From Eledone cirrhosa (taxonomy: Eukaryota): DNA of 64,000 nucleotides. Both the position numbers and the translations under genes were made by a program. The stretch covers positions 370,946,001-371,010,000 of the forward strand of contig OZ024743.1 in NCBI GenBank assembly GCA_964016885.1, given 5' to 3'. Under the pieces are notes generated by a model. That model was not told where the DNA came from. It ran no database searches and saw only the letters and a program-made list of their open reading frames with translations. Shown one piece after another: positions 25,281 to 37,737 of the stretch. Numbering within the stretch: position 1 is the stretch's first letter; every line of letters begins with the position of its first letter.

Positions 25281-25324
<44 letters not shown>

Positions 25325-25327
<3 letters not shown>

Positions 25328-27052
25328 TCATTAAATAAAAAGAATGAACTCATAACTTCATGCAAACACCGGATTTACAAAAAATACCTCAACTTCAGAC
25401 CTTCTCACGATCAAGGGGTGTAAAATACTTTTCCCAACATCCATTCTACATATCCACACTGCAACATACATCCTAGGTCATCTAGGTACATTTGCACACA
25501 CTATTATGCATCCACACTGGCAGATGCATACCTAGATCTACACAGCACACATGCACAAATGAGCACAACACCACACAGATTTCACCAGCAGACTCCATTA
25601 GCACTCAGAAATATACACAGAACTAGTAATTGTGGAAGCACCTGAGCCGACGGTGCCACACCAAAAGACATATACCATCATTTGACAAAACAAAATTAAC
25701 AGTACATGCAACCAGTACATAAGCAGCTCATCTTTGATCTACCCAAGCTGCACACCCAACCATTAAGCCACATACGTTTACTCCTAAATAGGTACGCACC
25801 TCAGCATTTTTTCCAATAGCAGCATTAAAATGACAACACTCATCCAAGCACTCCAATATTAATATTTAATTATACTCGGACAGCCCCCTCAACGCCCTCT
25901 GAGCACACATAGGTACTCAAGACAAACACAGGCCGATCACATTGCATAATAAATAGTAATTACCCACTCTACCTGTTCCACTATAAATACATGAAATATA
26001 ATCACCACCACCCATACACAACCACTCACCAAACACATCGGTTGGCAGGCATAAACAAACTTACATACAAGCTCAATAAGTAACATATACACATATACAT
26101 ACCCACACATCTACACACATACATACTAGAACTCATTGAAATTTACAATATCAAAAGAAAAACGTATTAATCCATCCGTAGTTTTAAATATTTTAAGCAC
26201 TTAGCACCACAAACAGTAATAGCCACAACAAATTCTATTTTAAAAATACTAGCATATATACTAATATATCAAGTGTCATACACACCTACATTCGCACCCA
26301 TAACTTCCCTGCACACACACATTTAACTCCATAGTACCACAAAATGTGGATATTTTAATTTAATCAAATGTATAGTTCTAACTGTAATTTAAGTGCTAGC
26401 TTAATAACCAGTAAATAAACTTGGACAAATAAATCCAATAGATTTTACAATAACAGCACTGACTAGATGTTCCTTCATTTTTCAGACGTAGTTGACAGAT
26501 ATATTTAACTTGCCAATCGGTGAATTGGACAATTCTTTGACTAGGGTGATCTACAGCTAGGTGTGACGCCAATTCTATAGCTTTGTTGTCTGAATGGTCA
26601 CGAAAATCATGCCTGCTGGCAGACATACACACCCACCCATATATTTCTTCGATAAATATAATTCTACCTCCTTTTAATGATTATTCAATCTCAAGTTGAA
26701 CAGACAGATACTCTCAAATTTGCACATAGATGTACACACTCACTAAGCTACATATCTACACACACAACCACTCCTTAACAGTAAAAAAAAAAAAAAATCA
26801 ACACTTATATGAAGAAAATTTACAATTGTATGCATAATGTATACTCTTATTTGGACAAACCACACCCCTGGTGATACAGCTAGTAAACCACAAAACACTT
26901 CGGTAAACAGTATGGAATTAGCTGTTGAAATGGCAAGAGCTCAGTCATTGGTTCCCGACCCTTTATAATATAGCCATATTCTACTACCCCAAGTATCGAG
27001 TAATCTGTTGAGTAATGGTCTAACCTGTTTCAAACTGGTTCTATCCTGATTT
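25325..27052 (+). other. A/C-skewed non-coding block, possibly a PLE 3' region or pseudo-LTR with a degenerate hammerhead
   Basis: Strong A/C strand bias like 5440-5700. Bounded by microsatellites. Hammerhead-like fold at 26865-26951. Confidence 0.35.
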
Positions 27053-27058
27053 ATATAT

Positions 27059-27393
27059 GGAGGCACATGGCTTAGTGGTTAGAACATTGGCCTTGCAATC
27101 AAAAGGTTGTGAGTTCAATTCTCAGACCGGGTGATGTGTTGTTTCCTTGAGCAAGACACTTTATTTCACATTGCTCCAGTTTACTCAGCTGTAGAAATGA
27201 GATGATAGAGACTGGGGTCCCTATCATTCCACTGCAAAGTGGTCGTGGAGGTGCCACGGCAAAAAAGCACCCAGCACTCACTGTAAATGAGGTTGGTGTT
27301 AGGAAGGGCATCCAGCTGTAGAAATCAAGCCAGAATCAGTTCCCGTCCCACCGTTGCAAGCAGGGAAAAGTGGACGTAAAATGATGATGATGA
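27059..27393 (+). mobile_element. CORE-type tRNA SINE, copy 1 of the duplication
   Basis: Same family as 12611..12928. Confidence 0.9.
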
Positions 27394-27450
27394 TATATAT
27401 ACATACATATATATATAATTTAAAAGATATACGTAGAGAGAAAGCATATA

Positions 27451-28841
27451 TCGTGGCCTGGAGTCGTCATGGAAGCAGAACCACCTGCTCACTGACCTCA
27501 GGTCACTTAATATACATGTGGTGGCCATTAGTGAGACCAGAATTTCCGATGCCCAAACCTTCGCACCCATTTTCGGTGGCTACGAGGTGTACGCATCTCC
27601 AAGCCATCCAGGATATGGAGGTGGAGTTGCTGTGTTGTTCTGGAAAGGACTAGATCTCGCATTACAGATCATCTTCCTGGATTAGAGGGAGTGTCGGTGG
27701 TACTGGACATGACCAGCGGAGAAGGGCATACCTTCAGGCTAGTGGTAGTCTATGCTCCGACAGCGAGCAGGACGGACAGATTTCTTCCGATGCCTGGAAA
27801 CCTCGCTAGGAATGTCTTGTTTTTTAGTCTTAGTGGGTGACTGGAACGGTATCTTAGATGCACGCTGGGACTGCGTGGGACTAGTGGATAGGGGAGGAGG
27901 GTGTAAAAGCCTCGCAAACTGGCTCAGATGCTTCCGAATGTCTGACAGGTACCAACTAGATTTCCCGAATGCCCCAATGTGGACATGGACAAACTGCATC
28001 AGGTCATCCATATCATATCTAGATATGATATTTTGTAGGGAAGTAGACAAGGATAGCATAGGTTATCCACAATATAAAATAGCTGGATACACAGACCACA
28101 AATTTGTGACGTGTATTAAATCTAGATAGGCTCGAAAGGCAAGGTCCCGTTTACTGGAAGCTGAACGCCTCATTCCCAACACACAAAGCCTACAGAGATC
28201 AGATTAGTGAATTAATTAAGCAAGCATTGACAGGGCAATCATCAACAACAAGTGGTGGAATGCCTGGAAAGGGGCGATTAGAGTAGAATTGATAGTATAG
28301 GGGTTGGATGTTTAACAAAGCAGTGGGATGTTTAGCAAAGCAGTAGCAATAGAAAAAACTAGAGTAGAAGGAGTGCTAGTTAAAACACTAGAAGAGGCAA
28401 TTAGCAAAGGCATCATAATTCTTGTGATGAGATTGACCCTGGACATGCTAAACATGAAGAGTTAGTGGTCAGAGCTAAGGTGACGAAAGCCATTCAATGG
28501 GCTCAAGTGGCAGAAGCGCGGTAACAAAGCCACAATCCGATCTTTGGCGTCACACAACAGGTGTATGGTACTTGATCCTAAGCTGAAATATAGTAGGCAA
28601 TGACTGGCTACATGAGGAGTAAATCACCCGGTTTGGATGGTCGACCCTACGAGCTTTATGTTCACATGCCAGACTTGTTCTACAACATCTTGGCAGACAT
28701 CTACTGCAACTGGTAGCAGAATGGAAGAATTCCCACTTCTGTGAGCTGAGGAGCGGTGGCACTGCTGAGAAAGGACCTGAACAAAGAGGATTTTAAAAAT
28801 AATTTTAGACCCATCACTCTACTAAATGCAGAGTTTGAAAT
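27451..28841 (+). mobile_element. Degraded L1/Tx1-clade LINE ORF2 fragment (endonuclease to start of RT)
   Basis: AISETRI, GGVAVLF, VVVYAP, LVGDWNGILD, SYLDMIF, TDHKFV, YWKLN, KSPGLDG, NFRPITLLNAE. Confidence 0.88.
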
Positions 28842-29399
28842 TTACAGTGTGGATTGGGTGCTTTTGTCATGACACCTACAAAATCACTTGTGGACTGGGC
28901 ACTTTTGTTGTGGTTCAAGGCGACAACTTTATGGTGTGGGTTGGGGACTTGGGTGGGTTAGGGTTAGAAGTGGAGAAGATACCTGGGGAATTGGGGACAT
29001 ACTTATAGGGGTGGGATGATTACAGCAAGGGAGGTGTCTGGTGGGGTAATGGTAGGGAAGGTGATGCATATTAGATATATGCCACAGCTTGTGTATATGA
29101 GAGGGCGAGTCTTCTGTAATATTGCATAGCGCCAGACATCACAGTGCAAAGTCAGCTTTTATTACCTCATTCCAAATCTTCCTACGCCTGCCCACTCCAT
29201 GGCTACCATCAACTTTGAGTACTCTACACCTTTTTATACAGCTGTTGTCCTTCATACGCATCACATATCCATACCAACACAATCTCCTCTCCTGCACACT
29301 GCATCTGATCCGTCTTATGCCTAATTTCTCTTGCAATTCGTTTATGCTTTGCCGTTCGCGTATATTGCTATTACACATCTATCGAAGCATGGAGGCTTC
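28842..29399 (-). mobile_element. RTE C-terminal fragment and partial 3' UTR
   Basis: ORF 29139..29378 (MCNSNIRERQS..GRRRKIW). The 5' end abuts (TA)n. Confidence 0.85.
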
Positions 29400-29414
29400 A
29401 TATATATATAAGAC

Positions 29415-30050
29415 ATGCGATTCTCACTAAATTTATATTTGTATTAATCTCCCAAGTCTAGCAATTAACCAGTTAATTTTTTTAGTTAATTCTATTGACT
29501 GATTAATTGCTTAAGTTTATTTTAAAAACTACTCGGTCCAGAGCTTAATTCGTTTTGTGCTATTTTTGCAAATTTTTGCAATGACTACACATACTCAATT
29601 CATTTGTCAAAACTAGGGGTTTTCTCCCCTTTGGAGTTTACATGTGCTTTCGAACACTGTGAGCTCCTGTCACACGCAGAACAAAATGCCTGTTGAGAAA
29701 GTAATATCCTTGTTCAATCATTATACCAAAAGCTTATTATTTTTTATAAGCAGACAGTATTATTGATTTAGGTGTCGCAGAAACCCTATATCAGATTTTA
29801 CCATCATTCCCGAGGGTCCGGGTAAATATTTCAATCATATCTTATTTTGTTTGACCCGTTTAGCTTGCTCGCTTTTTTTGGCTTAGGTGGTTAATGGCTT
29901 CTTAACCATCATCTTGGTTTGTATGGCCTTTTAAACTTAGGTTTATAGCTCTGGTATCTTCATATCCATTGAGAGCTTGCCAACACAATTCGGAAGTTGC
30001 GTTTCGCTAATTTCTACTCGCCGAAATGCAATTCTCGCTAAATTTATATT
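29415..30050. other. Unassigned 611-bp unit with 25-bp direct terminal repeats (second copy 32406..33041)
   Basis: atgcgattctcactaaatttatatt at 29415-29439 versus atgcaattctcgctaaatttatatt at 30026-30050. Confidence 0.6.
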
Positions 30051-30384
30051 GAGGCACATGGCTTAGTGGTTAGAGCATTGGCCTTGCAATCGAAAGGTTG
30101 TGAGTTCAATTCTCAGACCGGGTGATGTGTTGTTTCCTTGAGCAAGACACTTTATTTCACATTGCTCCAGTTTACTCAGCTGTAGAAATGAGATGATAGG
30201 GACTGGGGTCCATATCATTCCACTGCAAAGTGGTCGTGGAGGTGCCACGGCAAAAAGGCACCCAGCACTCACTGTAAATGAGGTTGGTGTTAGGAAGGGC
30301 ATCCAGCTGTAGAAATCAAGCCAGAATCAGTTCCCGTCCCACCGTTGCAAGCAGGGAAAAGTGGACGTAAAATGATGATGATGA
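30051..30384 (+). mobile_element. CORE-type tRNA SINE, copy 2 (apparent recombinant)
   Basis: 5' variants match copy 3; the 3' tail matches copy 1. Confidence 0.9.
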
Positions 30385-30441
30385 TATATATACATACATA
30401 TATATATAATTTAAAAGATATACGTAGAGAGAAAGCATATA

Positions 30442-31832
30442 TCGTGGCCTGGAGTCGTCATGGAAGCAGAACCACCTGCTCACTGACCTCAGGTCACTTA
30501 ATATACATGTGGTGGCCATTAGTGAGACCAGAATTTCCGATGCCCAAACCTTCGCACCCATTTTCGGTGGCTACGAGGTGTACGCATCTCCAAGCCATCC
30601 AGGATATGGAGGTGGAGTTGCTGTGTTGTTCTGGAAAGGACTAGATCTCGCATTACAGATCATCTTCCTGGATTAGAGGGAGTGTCGGTGGTACTGGACA
30701 TGACCAGCGGAGAAGGGCATACCTTCAGGCTAGTGGTAGTCTATGCTCCGACAGCGAGCAGGACGGACAGATTTCTTCCGATGCCTGGAAACCTCGCTAG
30801 GAATGTCTTGTTTTTTAGTCTTAGTGGGTGACTGGAACGGTATCTTAGATGCACGCTGGGACTGCGTGGGACTAGTGGATAGGGGAGGAGGGTGTAAAAG
30901 CCTCGCAAACTGGCTCAGATGCTTCCGAATGTCTGACAGGTACCAACTAGATTTCCCGAATGCCCCAATGTGGACATGGACAAACTGCATCAGGTCATCC
31001 ATATCATATCTAGATATGATATTTTGTAGGGAAGTAGACAAGGATAGCATAGGTTATCCACAATATAAAATAGCTGGATACACAGACCACAAATTTGTGA
31101 CGTGTATTAAATCTAGATAGGCTCGAAAGGCAAGGTCCCGTTTACTGGAAGCTGAACGCCTCATTCCCAACACACAAAGCCTACAGAGATCAGATTAGTG
31201 AATTAATTAAGCAAGCATTGACAGGGCAATCATCAACAACAAGTGGTGGAATGCCTGGAAAGGGGCGATTAGAGTAGAATTGATAGTATAGGGGTTGGAT
31301 GTTTAACAAAGCAGTGGGATGTTTAGCAAAGCAGTAGCAATAGAAAAAACTAGAGTAGAAGGAGTGCTAGTTAAAACACTAGAAGAGGCAATTAGCAAAG
31401 GCATCATAATTCTTGTGATGAGATTGACCCTGGACATGCTAAACATGAAGAGTTAGTGGTCAGAGCTAAGGTGACGAAAGCCATTCAATGGGCTCAAGTG
31501 GCAGAAGCGCGGTAACAAAGCCACAATCCGATCTTTGGCGTCACACAACAGGTGTATGGTACTTGATCCTAAGCTGAAATATAGTAGGCAATGACTGGCT
31601 ACATGAGGAGTAAATCACCCGGTTTGGATGGTCGACCCTACGAGCTTTATGTTCACATGCCAGACTTGTTCTACAACATCTTGGCAGACATCTACTGCAA
31701 CTGGTAGCAGAATGGAAGAATTCCCACTTCTGTGAGCTGAGGAGCGGTGGCACTGCTGAGAAAGGACCTGAACAAAGAGGATTTTAAAAATAATTTTAGA
31801 CCCATCACTCTACTAAATGCAGAGTTTGAAAT
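30442..31832 (+). mobile_element. L1/Tx1 fragment, duplicated copy
   Basis: Copy of 27451..28841. Confidence 0.88.
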
Positions 31833-32390
31833 TTACAGTGTGGATTGGGTGCTTTTGTCATGACACCTACAAAATCACTTGTGGACTGGGCACTTTTGTT
31901 GTGGTTCAAGGCGACAACTTTATGGTGTGGGTTGGGGACTTGGGTGGGTTAGGGTTAGAAGTGGAGAAGATACCTGGGGAATTGGGGACATACTTATAGG
32001 GGTGGGATGATTACAGCAAGGGAGGTGTCTGGTGGGGTAATGGTAGGGAAGGTGATGCATATTAGATATATGCCACAGCTTGTGTATATGAGAGGGCGAG
32101 TCTTCTGTAATATTGCATAGCGCCAGACATCACAGTGCAAAGTCAGCTTTTATTACCTCATTCCAAATCTTCCTACGCCTGCCCACTCCATGGCTACCAT
32201 CAACTTTGAGTACTCTACACCTTTTTATACAGCTGTTGTCCTTCATACGCATCACATATCCATACCAACACAATCTCCTCTCCTGCACACTGCATCTGAT
32301 CCGTCTTATGCCTAATTTCTCTTGCAATTCGTTTATGCTTTGCCGTTCGCGTATATTGCTATTACACATCTATCGAAGCATGGAGGCTTC
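31833..32390 (-). mobile_element. RTE fragment, duplicated copy
   Basis: Copy of 28842..29399. Confidence 0.85.
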
Positions 32391-33041
32391 ATATATATAT
32401 AAGACATGCGATTCTCACTAAATTTATATTTGTATTAATCTCCCAAGTCTAGCAATTAACCAGTTAATTTTTTTAGTTAATTCTATTGACTGATTAATTG
32501 CTTAAGTTTATTTTAAAAACTACTCGGTCCAGAGCTTAATTCGTTTTGTGCTATTTTTGCAAATTTTTGCAATGACTACACATACTCAATTCATTTGTCA
32601 AAACTAGGGGTTTTCTCCCCTTTGGAGTTCACATGTGCTTTCGAACACTGTGAGCTCCTGTCACACGCAGAACAAAATGCCTGTTGAGAAAGTAATATCC
32701 TTGTTCAATCATTATACCAAAAGCTTATTATTTTTTATAAGCAGACAGTATTATTGATTTAGGTGTCGCAGAAACCCTATATCAGATTTTACCATCATTC
32801 CCGAGGGTCCGGGTAAATATTTCAATCATATCTTATTTTGTTTGACCCGTTTAGCTTGCTCGCTTTTTTTGGCTTAGGTGGTTAATGGCTTCTTAACCAT
32901 CATCTTGGTTTGTATGGCCTTTTAAACTTAGGTTTATAGCTCTGGTATCTTCATATCCATTGAGAGCTTGCCAACACAATTCGGAAGTTGCGTTTCGCTA
33001 ATTTCTACTCGCCGAAATGCGATTCTCGATAAATTTATATT

Positions 33042-33385
33042 GAGGCACATGGCTTAGTGGTTAGAGCATTGGCCTTGCAATCGAAAGGTTGTGAGTTCAA
33101 TTCTCAGACCGGGTGATGTGTTGTTTCCTTGAGCAAGACACTTTATTTCACATTGCTCCAGTTTACTCAGCTGTAGAAATGAGATGATAGGGACTGGGGT
33201 CCCTATCATTCCACTGCAAAGTGGTCGTGGAGGTGCCACGGCAAAAAAGCACCCAGCACTCACTGTAAATGAGGTTGGTGTTGGGAAGGGCATCCAGCTG
33301 TAGAAATCAAGCCAGAACCAGTTCCCGTCCCACCCTTGCAAGTAGGGAAAAGTGGACGTAAAATGAAATGATGAAAAATGATGAA
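33042..33385 (+). mobile_element. CORE-type tRNA SINE, copy 3
   Basis: Same family, with tail ccttgcaagtagggaaaagtggacgtaaaatga. Confidence 0.9.
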
Positions 33386-33464
33386 ATGATATATGTATAT
33401 CATCATTAAATACATTAGATGGCTGGGGTAGCATCTCACTTACATTCCCACTTTAGGAGGTTGT

Positions 33465-33610
33465 CATCTCTACCCTTTGATTGGTAGGTTTTCTATAACT
33501 GGATGTCCTTCCTAATGCCAACCACTTTACAGAATATACTGGGTACATTTTTCTTGGCACCAGCACTAGAGAGATTGTGGTCAACCGAAGAGCCCTCTCT
33601 ACCCCATGGA
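33465..33610 (-). mobile_element. RTE 5' UTR-derived remnant
   Basis: Shares gagccctctctacccc, cagcacta and the ggatg.ccttcctaa motif with 3570-3690. Confidence 0.6.
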
Positions 33611-34507
33611 GAAGGGGATGATGACGTATTGCAAATGAGACATGAGGAGGGAGGAGGATTAAGATGGATGATAAGTATAAATATGGTATCATGATATGGT
33701 AGGATTAAAGGGGTGATGTGAGGTACAAAAGGGCTCAGAAACTACATCATAGGTTTATGACAATTGTGGTGGATTTGGTATGTATAAGAAGAGAGTATGG
33801 TGATGACTTCTGTTAGAGTTGGGGAGCTACAACAATAATGAGAACAGATTCTAAAGGAGCTATGATTATTGTAGGGTGATCCAAAGTAGAGTGGGGTATA
33901 CAGTGAGAGGAAGGCAGAATGGTGAGTAACAATAGGTGGGTGAGAAGGGTAGATGACAAGTATGTTACGAATGTATGACAAGTGTAGTGATATTTAACAG
34001 GGTGGTGTGGGAAAGAAAGAGGGTGAGGCTGATCCAGCATAGAATGGGTTGGGTACAGCGATGATGAGAAAGGTTTATATACATAAATTCACACACATAT
34101 ATATATAATCCTGGTGAATTGACAGCAATCCTGGAATCAAAAATTAAATACATTCAACACTACTGTCATCATTATTGATGGCACATGTCTACTAATTAAG
34201 AATAAACCATAGTCACTATAAGCAATTAGTAATTAAAGAATATAGCGAGTCCATTAATCCACTGGTATATAATTTCACTGATCATTCCAACCATGCACAT
34301 CAGGTCAAGTTTCAGTAATTTCTCAAGACTGGTGTGTGTATGTGTGTGTGCGCCATTCATTAGAGACTATGGAAAGTAACTATGATTGAATAGCAGCCAA
34401 TTTGGTTGTCATCATTACTTCTCATATGCTATACCCTCCTGAGAATCACACATAACATATCTCTAAAAAACAACTTATCTGCATCTAACTAATTAGAAAT
34501 GTTCACA

Positions 34508-35258
34508 ATGCAGATCTTGGGTACACAAGAGATGTAGTGGGATAGCAGGCAAAAGTAGATGTACAGGGAAATTTGACGGTAGTAATCGCAGTAATAGACA
34601 CATTTTTCAAATTCAGGTGGTATCTATAGAAGTGGTTGATAGCTTCCGGTACCTAGGTGATCAGATTAGCATGGAAGGGGGGGGGGGGGGGGGGGGTTCC
34701 GAGGCCATAGTATCTAGAATAAGGACGGATTGGAAGATGTTTAGGGAGCTGCTTCATCTGTTGACAAAGAAGGGTTTCTCCCTGCATACGAAAAGCTGGT
34801 GAGATGATGCTTGTGTGAGATGCGCGATGCTGCATGGTAGTGAGACATGGGCAGCAACTGCAGAGATATGCGACGGCTGGAGAGAAATGAAGCAAGCATG
34901 TTCCGTTGGATGTGCAATGTCAATGTGCGTGAACAACCAAGCATAGATGAGTTGAGAGGAAAACTGTGTATAAAAGGGATAAGTTGGGGCGTGTGGGAGA
35001 GAAGACTGAGATGGTATGGACATGTGATGTGAATGGAGGATGACCGCTGAGTAAAGAAGTGGCAAGAAATCCCAGTAGAAAGAAGACGCAGTAGAGGAAG
35101 ACCACAAAAAACATGGGCGAAGGTAGTGAGAGCAGACCTCAGATCGCTGAAGCTCACAGAGGAGATGACGAAGGACCGTGACAAGTGGAGAGATGCTGTA
35201 CTGAATAGGACCCGTCCCATCCTTGCAAGTAGGGAAAAGCGGACGTAAAATGATGATG
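34508..35258 (+). mobile_element. 5'-truncated RTE subfamily A
   Basis: Reverse complement of about 433..1195 (EVVDSFRYLGDQIS, RRLRWYGHV, same tail). Confidence 0.92.
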
Positions 35259-35496
35259 CTGTGACATCTAGAGGCTTTCCAGCTGTGTAATCAAATCCTT
35301 GCACACTTAATGCTTTTCTTAACATATTTCTAACGAAAGACACTGTTTAGGATTTTCAAATAATTTTGAATATAATCATGAATTTGTAGTAATATAACTA
35401 ACTTTCTCAATATTGATATTTATGGAACAAAAGTTTTCATAAAATCACGGTAGAAGATTTTTCAGATAAATATAAATACTTAACGCTTTTGTCCCC

Positions 35497-37490
35497 ATCA
35501 TCATCATCATCATCACCGTTTTACGTCCGTTCTTCCACGCTAGCATGGGTTAGACGGGTTGTCCTGTTGTGGGCAGTGTCTGGTCGGCTGACCATGCCTT
35601 GCTCATACAGGAACTGATCTGGCTTGATTTCTACAGCTGGATGCCCTTCCTAACACCAACCTCATTTACAGTGAGTGCTGGGTGCTTTTTCGTGGCGCCT
35701 ACACGTCCACTTTACAGTGTGGGCTGGGTGCTTTTTTGCCGTGGCACCTCCACGGCCACCTTGCGGTGGAGGGGGGGGGGGGCATATTGTTTATATGCTT
35801 CAGCATGTACCCATGGGAGGTCGGGTACCCTGTATTACTGCGTGACGCCAGAAGTCACGGTCGTGTGTCATTGACTTTGAGAGGTGTATTTGGGTAAGGT
35901 CGGCTTTTATCACCTCATCCCAAGTCATCTTGGGTCTCCCCACTCCGCGGTTTCCATCAACTTCTAGTGCTCTGCACCTTTTTATGCAGCTGTCGTCCTT
36001 CATACGCATCACATGTCCATACCAGCGTAACCGCCTCTCCTGCACGCAGCATTTGATTCCTCTTATGCTCAGTCTCTCTCTCAATTCATTTATGCTTTGT
36101 CGTTCACGTATATTACTGTTACACATCCATCGGAGCATGCAGGCTTCGTTTCTCTCTAATCTACGTAAGTCTTCCACCTTCAGCGCCCAGGTCTCACTAC
36201 CATGCAACATCGCTGTTCGGATACACGCATCATACAGTCTGCCTTTCATTCTGAGGGAGAAGCCTTTTGCAGCTAGCAGTGGTAGTAGTTCCCTAAACTT
36301 CTTCCATCCTGTTCTTACCCTAGTTATTGTACTTTCTGAGCACCCACCTCCGTTGCTAATTCGGTCACCTAGGTAGCAGAAGCTGTCTACTGTTTCTACA
36401 GGGCCCTCCCAGAGATTGGTGGTACTTGTTTCCTGTGGCTGTTTGCTTGCTGTTTCAGCACAGCTGCTGCATGTGAATCCTACATTCTTAATTAAGCTTC
36501 CTGAGATCCCGCTACATCTCTTGTGTACCCATTGTTTGCATTTGGGGCAAAGAATGGAGTTCCTACCTACACCTTTCCTACATACTGAGCAAGGCCATTT
36601 CCCTGAGGGGATCTGGGTTCTGTTTTCTCGTCTACTTATAAGGACCTTAGTCTTTGTCATGTTGACTTTGAGGCCCTTTCTCTCTAGTCCCTGCTTCCAG
36701 GTTTGGAATTTATTCTCTAGTTCTACCATAGATCCAGCTATGAGTGCGAGGTCATCAGCATACAGGAGTTCCCATGGGCATCCGGTCTTAAACTCCTCCG
36801 TTATTGCCTGCAGGACTATGATGAACAGGAGAGGGCTAAGAACAGAGCCCTGGTGGACCCCAACCTGTACGCTAAATTCCTCGCTATACTCATTGCCAAT
36901 CCTAACTTTGCTGACTGCTCCCCTATACATGGCTTGTACCGCTTTCACAAGCCATTCATCTACTCCTAGTTTTCTAAGAGCCCACCAGATTACTGCACGT
37001 GGAACTCTGTCAAAGGCTTTCTCAAGGTCGACAAATGCCAAGTAGAGTGGCTTACTTTTAGCTAGGTACTTTTCCTGTAATTGCCTCACAAGGAAGAGGG
37101 CATCAGTGGTGCCTTTCCCTGGTACAAACCCAAATTGCATCTCGTCTATATTCACCCGGTCCCTAATCAGCTGTGCTATAACTCTTTCTGTTACTTTCAT
37201 GACCTGGTCCATCAACTTTATACCTCTATAGTTTCCTCTATCTAGTGCATCACCTTTACCTTTGTAGCAGTTGACAATGATGCTACTGCACCAATCTTTT
37301 GGTATGGCCCCCTCTAGTATTACCTGGTTAACGATACGTGTGGTTATAGTGTGACCTACAGACCCAGATGCCTTCAGCATCTCGGCAGCTATACCCGATG
37401 GACCGGTTGCCTTCCCTATCTTCATATCTCTGATTGCCTTACTTACTACGCTGCCGCTGACTTGTACTGCTGGTCCCTCTATAGGGTCTC
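35497..37490 (-). mobile_element. Young 5'-truncated RTE subfamily B
   Basis: Uninterrupted RT ORF, two-unit 3' UTR and (CAT)n tail. Confidence 0.95.
35800..37425 (-). CDS. RTE reverse transcriptase (541-aa open frame, endonuclease truncated) with inserted PHD finger
   Basis: NYRGIKL, QFGF, FVDLEKAFD, GVHQGSVLSPLLF, YADD, GLKVN..KTK, C4HC3 insert, FCYLG, RRLRWYGHV, GRPK.TW. Confidence 0.9.
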   Translation of the reverse strand: MKIGKATGPSGIAAEMLKASGSVGHTITTRIVNQVILEGAIPKDWCSSIIVNCYKGKGDALDRGNYRGIKLMDQVMKVTERVIAQLIRDRVNIDEMQFGFVPGKGTTDALFLVRQLQEKYLAKSKPLYLAFVDLEKAFDRVPRAVIWWALRKLGVDEWLVKAVQAMYRGAVSKVRIGNEYSEEFSVQVGVHQGSVLSPLLFIIVLQAITEEFKTGCPWELLYADDLALIAGSMVELENKFQTWKQGLERKGLKVNMTKTKVLISRRENRTQIPSGKWPCSVCRKGVGRNSILCPKCKQWVHKRCSGISGSLIKNVGFTCSSCAETASKQPQETSTTNLWEGPVETVDSFCYLGDRISNGGGCSESTITRVRTGWKKFRELLPLLAAKGFSLRMKGRLYDACIRTAMLHGSETWALKVEDLRRLERNEACMLRWMCNSNIRERQSINELRERLSIRGIKCCVQERRLRWYGHVMRMKDDSCIKRCRALEVDGNRGVGRPKMTWDEVIKADLTQIHLSKSMTHDRDFWRHAVIQGTRPPMGTC

Positions 37491-37737
37491 CATATTTCTA
37501 ATAAAAGAGAAAGCTTATAATTTTGAAATCATGTTGAATATAATAATATCAAGAGATTTAATAGTGATTTAACAAAGGTTTTTACATTAAATTATTATGG
37601 AAAATTTTTTTTAGATAAATATAGGCACTTTAAAACAGTGTTTCTGAACCCCCCCACCCTACTTCATTTTATCCCGTCCTCTCAATGTGCACTCCATTGT
37701 GGTTGGGAAAAGTTAGAATATATCATAGTATATATTT

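Larger units (their letters stand above)
21608..25283 (-). mobile_element. Old 5'-truncated RTE with a ~13-unit 3' UTR array and three nested insertions
   Basis: RT pieces (GCPWELLCADDL, PHD CSVC..CPKC..WVHKRC, VHQGS, FVDLKKAFD). Array at 21760-22350 and tail at about 21608-21655. Confidence 0.9.
27059..33365. repeat. Tandem segmental duplication, period 2991 bp (SINE-X-SINE-X-SINE)
   Basis: Identical ORFs offset by 2991 (27325/30316, 27739/30730, 29122/32113). Only a few substitutions seen. Confidence 0.97.
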
